From an uncultured Lentisphaerota bacterium (lineage in GTDB: Bacteria > Verrucomicrobiota > Kiritimatiellia > RFP12 > UBA1067), in the NCBI GenBank assembly GCA_900321255.1, contig ONVK01000030.1, forward strand, positions 848 through 64,847: DNA of 64,000 nt, read 5' to 3'. Below, piece by piece: positions 41,977-49,432 of this stretch. Under the pieces are notes generated by a model. That model searched no databases. It was not told where the DNA came from and was given only the letters and a program-made list of their open reading frames with translations. The translations under genes and the position numbers were made by a program. Each line of letters begins with the position of its first letter. Positions within the stretch are counted from its first letter, which is position 1.

Positions 41977-43140
41977 ATGACAGTCTGGATAGAGAACCCC
42001 TTCGACAACCTCCCAGCAGAGGGCTTCCGCCCTCAGCGCTACTGGCTCATGGCCGAGGCGTTTGCGCGCGCCGGGCACGACGTGACATTGTGGACGAGCG
42101 ACTTCTCCCACGCGAAGAAGGCGCCGCGCACCCTTTCAAAAGTCGAAGCGCCCTTCCGTCTCATGCTCGTCAAGACGCCGCCCTATTCAGGCAACGTGTC
42201 GTTCAGGAGAATCGCGAGCCACCGCGCATACGCCGCAAACTGGCTTGCCGACGCCCGCGCCGAGGCGAGGGAATCGGGGAAGCCCGACGTCATAGTCGTC
42301 TCCATGCCTCCGCTTTCGACCGCCGACGCCGCGCTTGCGATGAAGAGGGAATTCGGCGCGAAGATCGTCGTCGACGTTATGGACGCATGGCCCGAGACCT
42401 TCTACCGGCTTCTCCCGAAGCCTCTCCGGTTCCTCGGCGCGATTCCGCTTCTTCCGCTCCACGCAGCCGCGTCACGCGCCTACCGCGGCGCAGACCTCGT
42501 GACGGGCGTTTGCGACGCCTACGAGAAAATCGCCTTTTCCTGCGGCGCGCGCAGCTATGCGCGATTCTACCACGGAGTATCCATCCCCGCTGAGCGAGGA
42601 GCGCGAGCCACCGACCGCGAGTCGCGGCTCTCCTTCGTATACGCCGGCAACTTCGGCCGTGGCTACGATCTCTCGGCGGCGATAAAGGCAGTCCTCGAAA
42701 ACGAAGAAGCGACGCTCGACATCGCGGGTGCGGGCGAGCGCGAAGCCGAGTGGCGCGCGCTCGCGGCGCATTCGCCGCGCATCCGCTTCCACGGCTATCT
42801 CTCGCGAGACGAGCTCGACAAGCTCCTGGACAGTGCGTCGATCGGCGTCATCCCGCTTTCCGACGATACTTTCGTGGGGCTTCCCTACAAGCTCGGCGAC
42901 TACGCGGTGCACAATCTCAGGATGGTGACGTCGCTCCGCGGCGAATGTGCCGCGATTCTCGAGAAACACAGCGCAGGCGCGATCTACGATGCGAAAGATC
43001 CAAGCTCGTTCATGGCTGCGGCGAAGAAAGTTCAAGCGTCAACGCCCGACTTCGACTCGCTTCTATCAGAGCTCGATGCAGAGAAGATCTACGCTGCCTA
43101 CGTAGATCGCATCTCCGCTCTCGCAAACACTCGCCAATAA
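41977..43140 (+). CDS. GT-B fold glycosyltransferase (family 4/1-like)
   Basis: 387 aa. The N-terminal WbuB-like region (FRPQRYWLMAEAFARAGHDVTLWT) and a C-terminal EX7E-like region are consistent with a GT4 enzyme. Confidence 0.65.
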   Translation: MTVWIENPFDNLPAEGFRPQRYWLMAEAFARAGHDVTLWTSDFSHAKKAPRTLSKVEAPFRLMLVKTPPYSGNVSFRRIASHRAYAANWLADARAEARESGKPDVIVVSMPPLSTADAALAMKREFGAKIVVDVMDAWPETFYRLLPKPLRFLGAIPLLPLHAAASRAYRGADLVTGVCDAYEKIAFSCGARSYARFYHGVSIPAERGARATDRESRLSFVYAGNFGRGYDLSAAIKAVLENEEATLDIAGAGEREAEWRALAAHSPRIRFHGYLSRDELDKLLDSASIGVIPLSDDTFVGLPYKLGDYAVHNLRMVTSLRGECAAILEKHSAGAIYDAKDPSSFMAAAKKVQASTPDFDSLLSELDAEKIYAAYVDRISALANTRQ

Positions 43141-43507
43141 TCGCCGGCGATGCACCGTTTGGCGGCGGACGAAGTCTCCACTGCCGAACAATTGCGCGGC
43201 TTTGGTGGCGGGTCGCTTTGGCGAACATTCGCGCCGTGTTTTCCGCTTTGCAGAAAATAACCTACGCGCTCATTCGGTGAAGTCTCGCCGGACAATACGC
43301 GCGTTGGTGCAAACCACGTCGGTCTCGACTTCAACGTCGCCAAAGCGCCCCGCCCCCTCCGCCGCGACGCCACGCCCCGCACAAACAGCCCTTTTACAAC
43401 GGTCCTACGGGGTCTGTCCCCGCTGTCCATTACACACAATTAAGCTCGCTGACGGAACGTCGGCGAGCGCAGATGCTACGAAGAAAAACGCACCATAGCG
43501 GAAGGTT

Positions 43508-43705
43508 GGGCTAACGGCGCATGTGTGAGGAGCGAGCGCAGGGGAACGGCGCGACGACAGTTCGCGTGATGCGCCAGCGGACGCGCGCGAGACGAGGAGG
43601 TGGTATCCCGCCGACGAAGTATCGCGCTGCGGACGGTGGATGCAGCGCGCGGGAGGAGTCGCGCTTTTCCCCGGAGGGAGAGACGAACGCATGCGGCGTT
43701 AGCCC
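43508..43705 (+). ncRNA. candidate structured RNA A (family unknown)
   Basis: The 16-nt closing helix 43508..43523 / 43690..43705 pairs at 15 of 16 positions. It encloses a symmetric 17x17-nt purine-rich internal loop. Next comes a 15-nt helix, 43541..43555 / 43658..43672 (13 Watson-Crick pairs, one G-U and one mismatch). An inner hairpin lies at 43624..43648. The G-U pair favours the plus strand. Confidence 0.3.
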
Positions 43706-43723
43706 AGCTCCCGAGGGTGCCAT

Positions 43724-43888
43724 GCGCGGTCACGGTCGGGGCCGCAGCGGGGCGGACCGAAGCAGGGGGAGGCGAGTTGTGCAGGACTCGCCCCCGACGG
43801 CGTATATGTATACGCCGAGCGGGGCGAAGGACGCGCAAATCGCCCGCCCTGCACAGGGAGCACCGTTGCCCTGACCGTGACCGCACGC
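43724..43888 (+). ncRNA. candidate structured RNA B (family unknown)
   Basis: An ~16-bp helix, 43724..43741 / 43869..43888, has an 11-bp perfect core (CGGTCACGGTC/GACCGTGACCG). It encloses a 7+9-bp hairpin at 43788..43827 centred on GGCGTATA-TG-TATACGCC. Confidence 0.3.
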
Positions 43889-43941
43889 TGGAAGGCAAAC
43901 CAGCACAGTCTGCATCAAAAAGCGCTACCTACCGTTGTAAA

Positions 43942-44883
43942 TCAGAACTTGCGGTTGCGCGAGAGGACGAAGAAAAGCGCGCCGATGAGGACGGCGAGAA
44001 CGCACGACACGCCCATCACTATGCCGAATGCGCTCGCGTGCTGCTGAAACGGCAGCGGGATGTTCATGCCGTAGATCGACGCGACGAGCGTCGGAACGGC
44101 GAGGAGAATCGTCGCCGCCGTGAGGTACTTCATCACGTTGTTGAGGTTGTTGTTGATCAGCGACGCAAAAGTATCGAGAGTGCCGTTCAGGATGTTCGCG
44201 TGGATCGTCGCCGTCTCAAGCGCCTGCTGGTACTCGACCATCGCGTCCTCGAGCTGGTCACGGTCGTCTTCGCTCATCACGAGCTGGCGCGCCGTGTTCG
44301 CGCGGGCGAGCGCGATCGTGTCGGCCTTGAGCGACGTCGTGAAGTAGACGAGCGACTTCTCGATCGTGAGGAGCTTCAGGAGCACTTCGTTCGAGATCGA
44401 CTCGTGGAGCTCGTCTTCGAGCGCGAGAGAGCGCTGGTGGATGTCGTGGAGATAGCGGAGGAACAGCACTCCGCCGTGCCAAAGCAGGCGGAAAGCAAAG
44501 CGGTAGCGGTCAGACGGCGGGCAGACGCGGCGTATCTGGTCGAGGAACGCCGTAGTGACCGGCGTCTGCGCGCTGCACACCGTGATGACCGTCTCGCGCA
44601 CGAGGATGATTCCGAGCGGGACAGTGCGGTAGGGAACCACCTCGTCGTCCTCCACCGCGTACGGGACGTGGACGATGAGGATCGACGCGTCGTCTTCGTA
44701 GTCGAAGCGCGGGCGTTCGTCGGCGTCGAGAGGGTCGGTGAGGAAGTCGCGCGGAACGCCGGAGTGCGTCAGGACGCGCTCGAGCTCGGTCGTGGTAGGC
44801 TCGACGAGATTGATCCAGCAGGACGGGGCGAAATCAGAAGTCTCCCTCAGACCTCCGTTCTCCCAGCGGTAGATCGTCATCAT
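43942..44883 (-). CDS. corA: CorA-family magnesium/cobalt transporter
   Basis: YGMNIPLPF (GMN motif) followed by the last TM helix. Length 313 aa. Confidence 0.88.
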   Translation of the reverse strand: MMTIYRWENGGLRETSDFAPSCWINLVEPTTTELERVLTHSGVPRDFLTDPLDADERPRFDYEDDASILIVHVPYAVEDDEVVPYRTVPLGIILVRETVITVCSAQTPVTTAFLDQIRRVCPPSDRYRFAFRLLWHGGVLFLRYLHDIHQRSLALEDELHESISNEVLLKLLTIEKSLVYFTTSLKADTIALARANTARQLVMSEDDRDQLEDAMVEYQQALETATIHANILNGTLDTFASLINNNLNNVMKYLTAATILLAVPTLVASIYGMNIPLPFQQHASAFGIVMGVSCVLAVLIGALFFVLSRNRKF

Positions 44884-44897
44884 GTCGCACCCCCTTT

Positions 44898-44918
44898 CCA
44901 GTTGCCAGTTGCCGAGTC
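44898..44918. repeat. three tandem heptamers (CCAGTTG CCAGTTG CCGAGTC)
   Basis: Read directly. It lies between the pheS stop and the corA start. Confidence 0.6.
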
Positions 44919-45929
44919 CTACGCGAGCTGCGAGAGGAATCGGACGTCGTTCTCGTAGAGCCAGCGGATGTCGGGAATCCCGTACTTGATCATCGCGATG
45001 CGCTCGACGCCGAAGCCGAACGCATAGCCGGAGACCTTCTCGGGGTCGTAGCCGACGTGCCCGAAGACGCGCGGATCGACCATGCCCGCGCCAGCGACCT
45101 CGATCCAGCCGGACTGCTTGCAGACGTTGCAGCCCTTCCCCTTGCAGACATGGCAGGTGAAGTCGACTTCGACCGACGGTTCTGTGAACGGGAAGAAGTG
45201 GGGGCGGAAACGAACCGTCACGCCGTCGCCCATCATCTCCCTCGCGAAGTACGCGAGTACTGACTTGAGGTCGGCGAGCGAGACGGGCTTGGTGTCGACG
45301 TAGAGCCCCTCGATCTGGTGGAAGTTCGCGGAGTGCGTCGCGTCCGTCGTGTCGCGGCGGTACGTGCGCCCCGGGCAGATCACGCGGATCGGCGGCTTGT
45401 TCTCCATCATCGTGCGGATCTGCACCGGCGAGGTCTGGGTCCTCAGGAGGCAGTCGTCGCCGAACCAGAAAGTGTCGCTCCTGTCCATCGACGGATGGTG
45501 CGCCGGCGTGTTGAGCGCCGTGAAGTTGTTGAACCTGTTCTCGAGCTCGGGACCGTCGGCGACGGTGAAGCCGAGGCGTCCGAAGATCGCCGCCGTCTCC
45601 TCGATGACGCGCGAGAGCGGATGCTTAACGCCGAGGGCGCGCCAGCGCCCGGGAAGCGTGAGGTCGGCGTCTACGGGCTTCTCGCCTGACGCGCCGCCGC
45701 CCTTCGCCGCGAGCGCGGCCTCGACCTCGGCACGCCACGCCTGGACGGCCTTGCCGAACGCGGGGCGCTCCTCCTTCGGGACGTCCTTCATCGCCTTGAT
45801 GAGCGCGGGAATCGAGCCGTTGCGGCCGACGTACTTCACGCGAAGCGCCTCCACGGCGGCCGCGTCAGCCGCAGCCGCGATCTCCTTCAGGCTCTCCGCC
45901 TTCGCATTCTCGAGTTCTGCCAGAGTCAT
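44919..45929 (-). CDS. pheS: phenylalanine--tRNA ligase alpha subunit
   Basis: FNFTALNTPAHHPSMDRSDTFW, HQIEG, GFGVERIAMIKYGIPDIR. Confidence 0.93.
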   Translation of the reverse strand: MTLAELENAKAESLKEIAAAADAAAVEALRVKYVGRNGSIPALIKAMKDVPKEERPAFGKAVQAWRAEVEAALAAKGGGASGEKPVDADLTLPGRWRALGVKHPLSRVIEETAAIFGRLGFTVADGPELENRFNNFTALNTPAHHPSMDRSDTFWFGDDCLLRTQTSPVQIRTMMENKPPIRVICPGRTYRRDTTDATHSANFHQIEGLYVDTKPVSLADLKSVLAYFAREMMGDGVTVRFRPHFFPFTEPSVEVDFTCHVCKGKGCNVCKQSGWIEVAGAGMVDPRVFGHVGYDPEKVSGYAFGFGVERIAMIKYGIPDIRWLYENDVRFLSQLA

Positions 45930-45955
45930 TTTCGCTCTCCAGATTTTTGTCGCGT

Positions 45956-45964
45956 ATTATACCC
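45956..45964 (-). promoter_or_regulatory. -10 box GGGTATAAT upstream of pheS
   Basis: The minus strand reads GGGTATAAT, followed by a 26-nt leader with GGAGAG and then ATG 45929. Confidence 0.4.
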
Positions 45965-46011
45965 TTTTTCGGCGCGTGCCTCAACCATAGACATCGCCCG
46001 CTCTTCTGCCG

Positions 46012-48294
46012 TCACAGCTTGTTGCGCTGGATCTTGCCAGAGACGGTCTTCGGAAGCTCGTCGCGGAAGACGACGATGCGCGGATACTTGTAGGGAGCCG
46101 TGTGCGTCTTCACGTAGTCCTGGATCTCCTTCTTGAGCTCTTCGGTGCCCTCCTTGCCCTTCACGAGCTTGATCGTCGCCTTCACGACCTGCCCGCGGAC
46201 GGGATCTGGCGCGGCAGAAACGCCGCACTCGACGACGTAGGGAAGCTCCATGATGACGTTTTCGATCTCAAACGGCCCGATGCGGTAGCCGGAAGACTTG
46301 ATCACGTCGTCCGCACGGCCGACGTAGTGGTAATATCCGTCCTCGTCCTTCCACGCGAGATCGCCCGTGTGGTAACAGCCGTGGCGCCACGCCTCCGCCG
46401 TCTTCTCCTCGTCCTTGTAGTAGCCGACGAAGATGCCGGGATGCGGGTTCGAGCGCGGGGTCCTGACGACGATCTCGCCGTGTTCGCCGGCGGGAACGGA
46501 GTGCCCCTCGGGATCGACGAGGTCGATGCCGTAGTCGGGAATCGGCTTGCCCATCGCACCCGGCTTGATCTCGTCGCCGAAGAGCGTCCCGAGCGCGCAC
46601 GTCGTCTCGGTCTGGCCGAAGCCCTCGTAGATGGAAAGGCCTGTCGCGCGCTTGAACTGCGTGAACACCTCGGGGTTCAGCGCCTCGCCCGCCGTCGTCG
46701 CATGGTGCACCGACGAGAAGTCGTACTTCGAGATGTCCTCTTTTATGAGCATGCGGTACATCGTCGGCGGCGCGCAGAAAGTCGTGATGCCGTACTTCGC
46801 GAACATCGGGAGGATCTGCTCTGCGTGGAAGCGCGCGAAGTCGTAGACGAAGAGAGCCCCCTCGCACATCCACTGGCCGTAGAACTTGCCCCAGCTCGCC
46901 TTGGCCCAGCCCGTCTCGGAGATCGTGAGGTGCAGCCCGTCGCGCTCGACCTGGTGCCAGTACTTCGCGGTGACGAAGTGCCCGAGCCCGTAGAGATGGC
47001 TGTGGAGCGCCATCTTGGGATACCCGGTCGTGCCGCTCGTGAAGAACATGAGCATCGGGTCCTTCCCTCCGGGGGCGTCCGGCCCGCGCCCGAAGACGCG
47101 CGAGAAGCCGACGTATTCGCGGTCGAAGCTCCTCCATCCCTCGCGGTCGCCGTTGACGATCATCTTGATGAGGGAATATCCGGGCTTCTCCTTCGCGATC
47201 TCCGCCTCGGCAAGCTCGGCCTCGTGCGCGACATCGCCGTCGGCGGTGCAGACGAGGGCCTTGACGTCCGCCGCCTTGAAGCGGTAGACGAGGTCATGGT
47301 CCTTGAGCTGGCTCACCGCCGGGATCACGACCGCGCCGATCTTGTGGAGCGCGAGGACGGCCGGCCAGTACTGCCAGTGGCGCTTCAGGATGAAGAGGAC
47401 CTTGTCGCCCTTCCCGATGCCGACCGACCTGAAGTAGTTCGCCATCTGGTTCGAGATGTCGCTTATCTCGCGGAACGTGAAGCGGCGTTCGGTGAAATGG
47501 TCGCTGACGTGCAGGAGCGCGAGCTTTTCGGGATAGCGGTTGGCTATCTCGTCGATCACGTCGAAGGCGAAGTTGAAGCGCTCGGTGTTCTTGAACTTCA
47601 CGTGCTCGAGATGGCCAGAAGCGTTCTCCTCGCACTCGACGAACTTGTCGACGACGAGCGGCACCTTCTCGTGGCGCGGCCGCACCGTCTCAAGGCCGAG
47701 ATGCGTATCTCCGCCCTCGCCCGCCATCACCATCGCGAGGAACGTGACGCCGTTCGGGTCGGTCGCGAGCATGCCGTGCGGCGTCGAAGAGCGGTAGTAG
47801 ATCGAGTCGCCTTCGTGAAGCTCCTCGACGTGCTCGCCGACGCGTATCTTCATCGAGCCCTTGAGGACTATGTCGAACTCCTGCCCTGCGTGGGTCGTCG
47901 TGGAGATGGGCTTGTCCAAGAGCGCCGGGTCGTACTTGTAGGTGACCCAGTAGGGAGTGCCGAGGCGGTTCTGGAACATCGCCGCCTGGTTGCGGATGTC
48001 CATGTGCGTCTCGTGAGCCGTAAGAGGGCCCTGCCCCGCGCGCGTCACTTCATAGCCGGAGAGGTGGGCGCTATGGCCCTTCAGAAGCGCGTTGATGTCG
48101 ACGCCAAACGTAATCGCGCACTGGTGGAGGAAGTTGAACGTCGGGTCGAGCTTCCCGGCCTCGACCGCCTTGTAGTCCTCGACGGAGACCTCCGTCTTCT
48201 CCGCCATCTGCTCAACAGAATACCCGATGATCTCGCGCATCTCGCGTATGCGCGCGGCCATCTCGATCAGATTCTTTTCCGATTCTTCGCTCAT
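46012..48294 (-). CDS. fusion protein: XRE-type HTH + cupin domain + AMP-forming acyl-CoA synthetase (medium-chain/ACSM-like)
   Basis: N-terminal IREMREIIGYSVEQMAEKTEVSVEDYKAVEAG (HTH_XRE). Cupin GQEFDIVLKGSMKIRVGEHVEELHEGDSIYY. Synthetase motifs FFTSGTTGYPKM, YHTGD, SGKIQR. Confidence 0.85.
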   Translation of the reverse strand: MSEESEKNLIEMAARIREMREIIGYSVEQMAEKTEVSVEDYKAVEAGKLDPTFNFLHQCAITFGVDINALLKGHSAHLSGYEVTRAGQGPLTAHETHMDIRNQAAMFQNRLGTPYWVTYKYDPALLDKPISTTTHAGQEFDIVLKGSMKIRVGEHVEELHEGDSIYYRSSTPHGMLATDPNGVTFLAMVMAGEGGDTHLGLETVRPRHEKVPLVVDKFVECEENASGHLEHVKFKNTERFNFAFDVIDEIANRYPEKLALLHVSDHFTERRFTFREISDISNQMANYFRSVGIGKGDKVLFILKRHWQYWPAVLALHKIGAVVIPAVSQLKDHDLVYRFKAADVKALVCTADGDVAHEAELAEAEIAKEKPGYSLIKMIVNGDREGWRSFDREYVGFSRVFGRGPDAPGGKDPMLMFFTSGTTGYPKMALHSHLYGLGHFVTAKYWHQVERDGLHLTISETGWAKASWGKFYGQWMCEGALFVYDFARFHAEQILPMFAKYGITTFCAPPTMYRMLIKEDISKYDFSSVHHATTAGEALNPEVFTQFKRATGLSIYEGFGQTETTCALGTLFGDEIKPGAMGKPIPDYGIDLVDPEGHSVPAGEHGEIVVRTPRSNPHPGIFVGYYKDEEKTAEAWRHGCYHTGDLAWKDEDGYYHYVGRADDVIKSSGYRIGPFEIENVIMELPYVVECGVSAAPDPVRGQVVKATIKLVKGKEGTEELKKEIQDYVKTHTAPYKYPRIVVFRDELPKTVSGKIQRNKL

Positions 48295-48355
48295 GTTGCC
48301 ATCGACTCCGGGCTAACGTGCTGTCGCACATCGCCCTATTTTGGTGAATTGATAT

Positions 48356-48364
48356 ATTATATCA
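48356..48364 (-). promoter_or_regulatory. extended -10 box TGATATAAT upstream of the HTH-cupin-synthetase gene
   Basis: The minus strand reads ATATGATATAAT, about 60 nt upstream of ATG 48294. Confidence 0.35.
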
Positions 48365-48385
48365 TATTTCACCGAATCGGGGTGT

Positions 48386-49081
48386 CTATGCCGAGAAAGT
48401 CGGATCGAACGAATAGCCGACGCCGCGGACAGCGCGTATCGCCCGCCCTTCCGCGGCAAGTTTGCCGCGCAGATCGTGCACGATGACGCTGAGAAGGTTG
48501 TCGCTCACGTCTGCCCCGGAGCACAGCTTCGCGAGAAGCCAGTCACGCGAAAGCACCTCCCCCTTCCTCGACACGAGAAGCCGCATAAAGGCGACCTCCC
48601 TCGCGGAAAGCTGCGCCGTCTCGCCCGTGGAACGCCTCATCGAAAGCTTCGCGGCATCCACGCGCCACTCGCCGAAGCCAAAGTCCCCGCTCGGCTCGTC
48701 GACGCGCGACCTGCGAAGCGCCGCCTCGACGCGCGCGAGGAGAAGCGAAGCGGGAAGCGTCTTCACGATGTAGTCGTCAGCGCCGTAGCCGAAGCCCTTC
48801 AGCTGGCTCTCCTCGTCGCCGAGCGCGGAGAGAAACAGCACCGGAACGGAGGGGTCGGTCTCGCGTATCGCGGCGCAGACGGCAAAGCCGTCGGACTTCG
48901 GCATCATGACGTCGAGAAGCACAAGGTCAGGCCTCGACTCGCCGAAGAGCCTCAGCGCCTCAGCGCCGTTCTTCGCCTCGCGCACCGCGTAGCCCGCATC
49001 GGCGAGAATCCCGGAAACGCCGCGCCTGACCGTTCTGTCGTCGTCGGCGACAAGTATCTCGGCTTTCATCTCAGCGCCCAT
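48386..49081 (-). CDS. OmpR-family response regulator (orphan, no adjacent kinase)
   Basis: LVLLDVMMPKSDG, ADDYIVKT, and wHTH ending AVRGVGYSF. An alternative ATG lies at 49069 (MKAEILV). Confidence 0.88.
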   Translation of the reverse strand: MGAEMKAEILVADDDRTVRRGVSGILADAGYAVREAKNGAEALRLFGESRPDLVLLDVMMPKSDGFAVCAAIRETDPSVPVLFLSALGDEESQLKGFGYGADDYIVKTLPASLLLARVEAALRRSRVDEPSGDFGFGEWRVDAAKLSMRRSTGETAQLSAREVAFMRLLVSRKGEVLSRDWLLAKLCSGADVSDNLLSVIVHDLRGKLAAEGRAIRAVRGVGYSFDPTFSA

Positions 49082-49096
49082 CCGCCAAGCACCCAG

Positions 49097-49408
49097 TCAT
49101 GCATCCGGCTGTCCGTCGGCGGGGAACAGTCTTGCGAGCACCTGTTCGGCAGGAGTGTACGACTTCTTGGCGTTGTTGCACTCCTTGCAGCACGGAACGC
49201 AGTTTCCGCGCGTCGACCTTCCGCCGCGCGAAACGGGAACGACGTGGTCGAGCGTCAGGTTCTCGGCTCCGACCTTGCGGTGGCAGTAGTGGCACTCGCC
49301 TTTCGCTATGAGCGCACGCCACCAGCCGGTCTTGCGCAGCTCGCGCGCCTTCTCGCGCTCGCGCCGCACATGCTCCGGATCGGGATTGAGATCGAGCCAG
49401 TCGTCCAT
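49097..49408 (-). CDS. small stand-alone HNH endonuclease
   Basis: 103 aa. CHYCH..LTLDHVVPVSRGG..N.VPCCKECNNAK (HNH/zinc-finger pattern). Confidence 0.75.
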   Translation of the reverse strand: MDDWLDLNPDPEHVRREREKARELRKTGWWRALIAKGECHYCHRKVGAENLTLDHVVPVSRGGRSTRGNCVPCCKECNNAKKSYTPAEQVLARLFPADGQPDA

Positions 49409-49432
49409 AGCCGGCAGCCGCTCCCGCCGAGG

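Noticed and set aside
43141-43941. Known RNA genes (RNase P RNA, tmRNA, SRP/4.5S RNA, tRNA) in the gene-free region
   Set aside because: I looked on both strands for diagnostic strings: GGAAAGTCC and ACAGAAACCCGGCTTA-type for RNase P, the GGTTCGA(A/T)TCC T-arm, and GGAAGCAGCC for SRP. None was found. GGACCGAAGCAGGGGG only loosely resembles the SRP motif.
43600-44958. 452-aa ORF on the plus strand spanning the gene-free region and corA
   Set aside because: It is antisense to corA (GMN motif on the other strand) and has an Arg/Glu/Asp/Val shadow composition. It does not explain the 43.1-43.9 kb region.
46102-48486. 794-aa ORF on the plus strand
   Set aside because: It is antisense to the HTH-cupin-acyl-CoA synthetase gene, which has unambiguous motifs. 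Its Arg/Leu/Asp/Val-rich shadow composition runs across an intergenic region and into the next gene.
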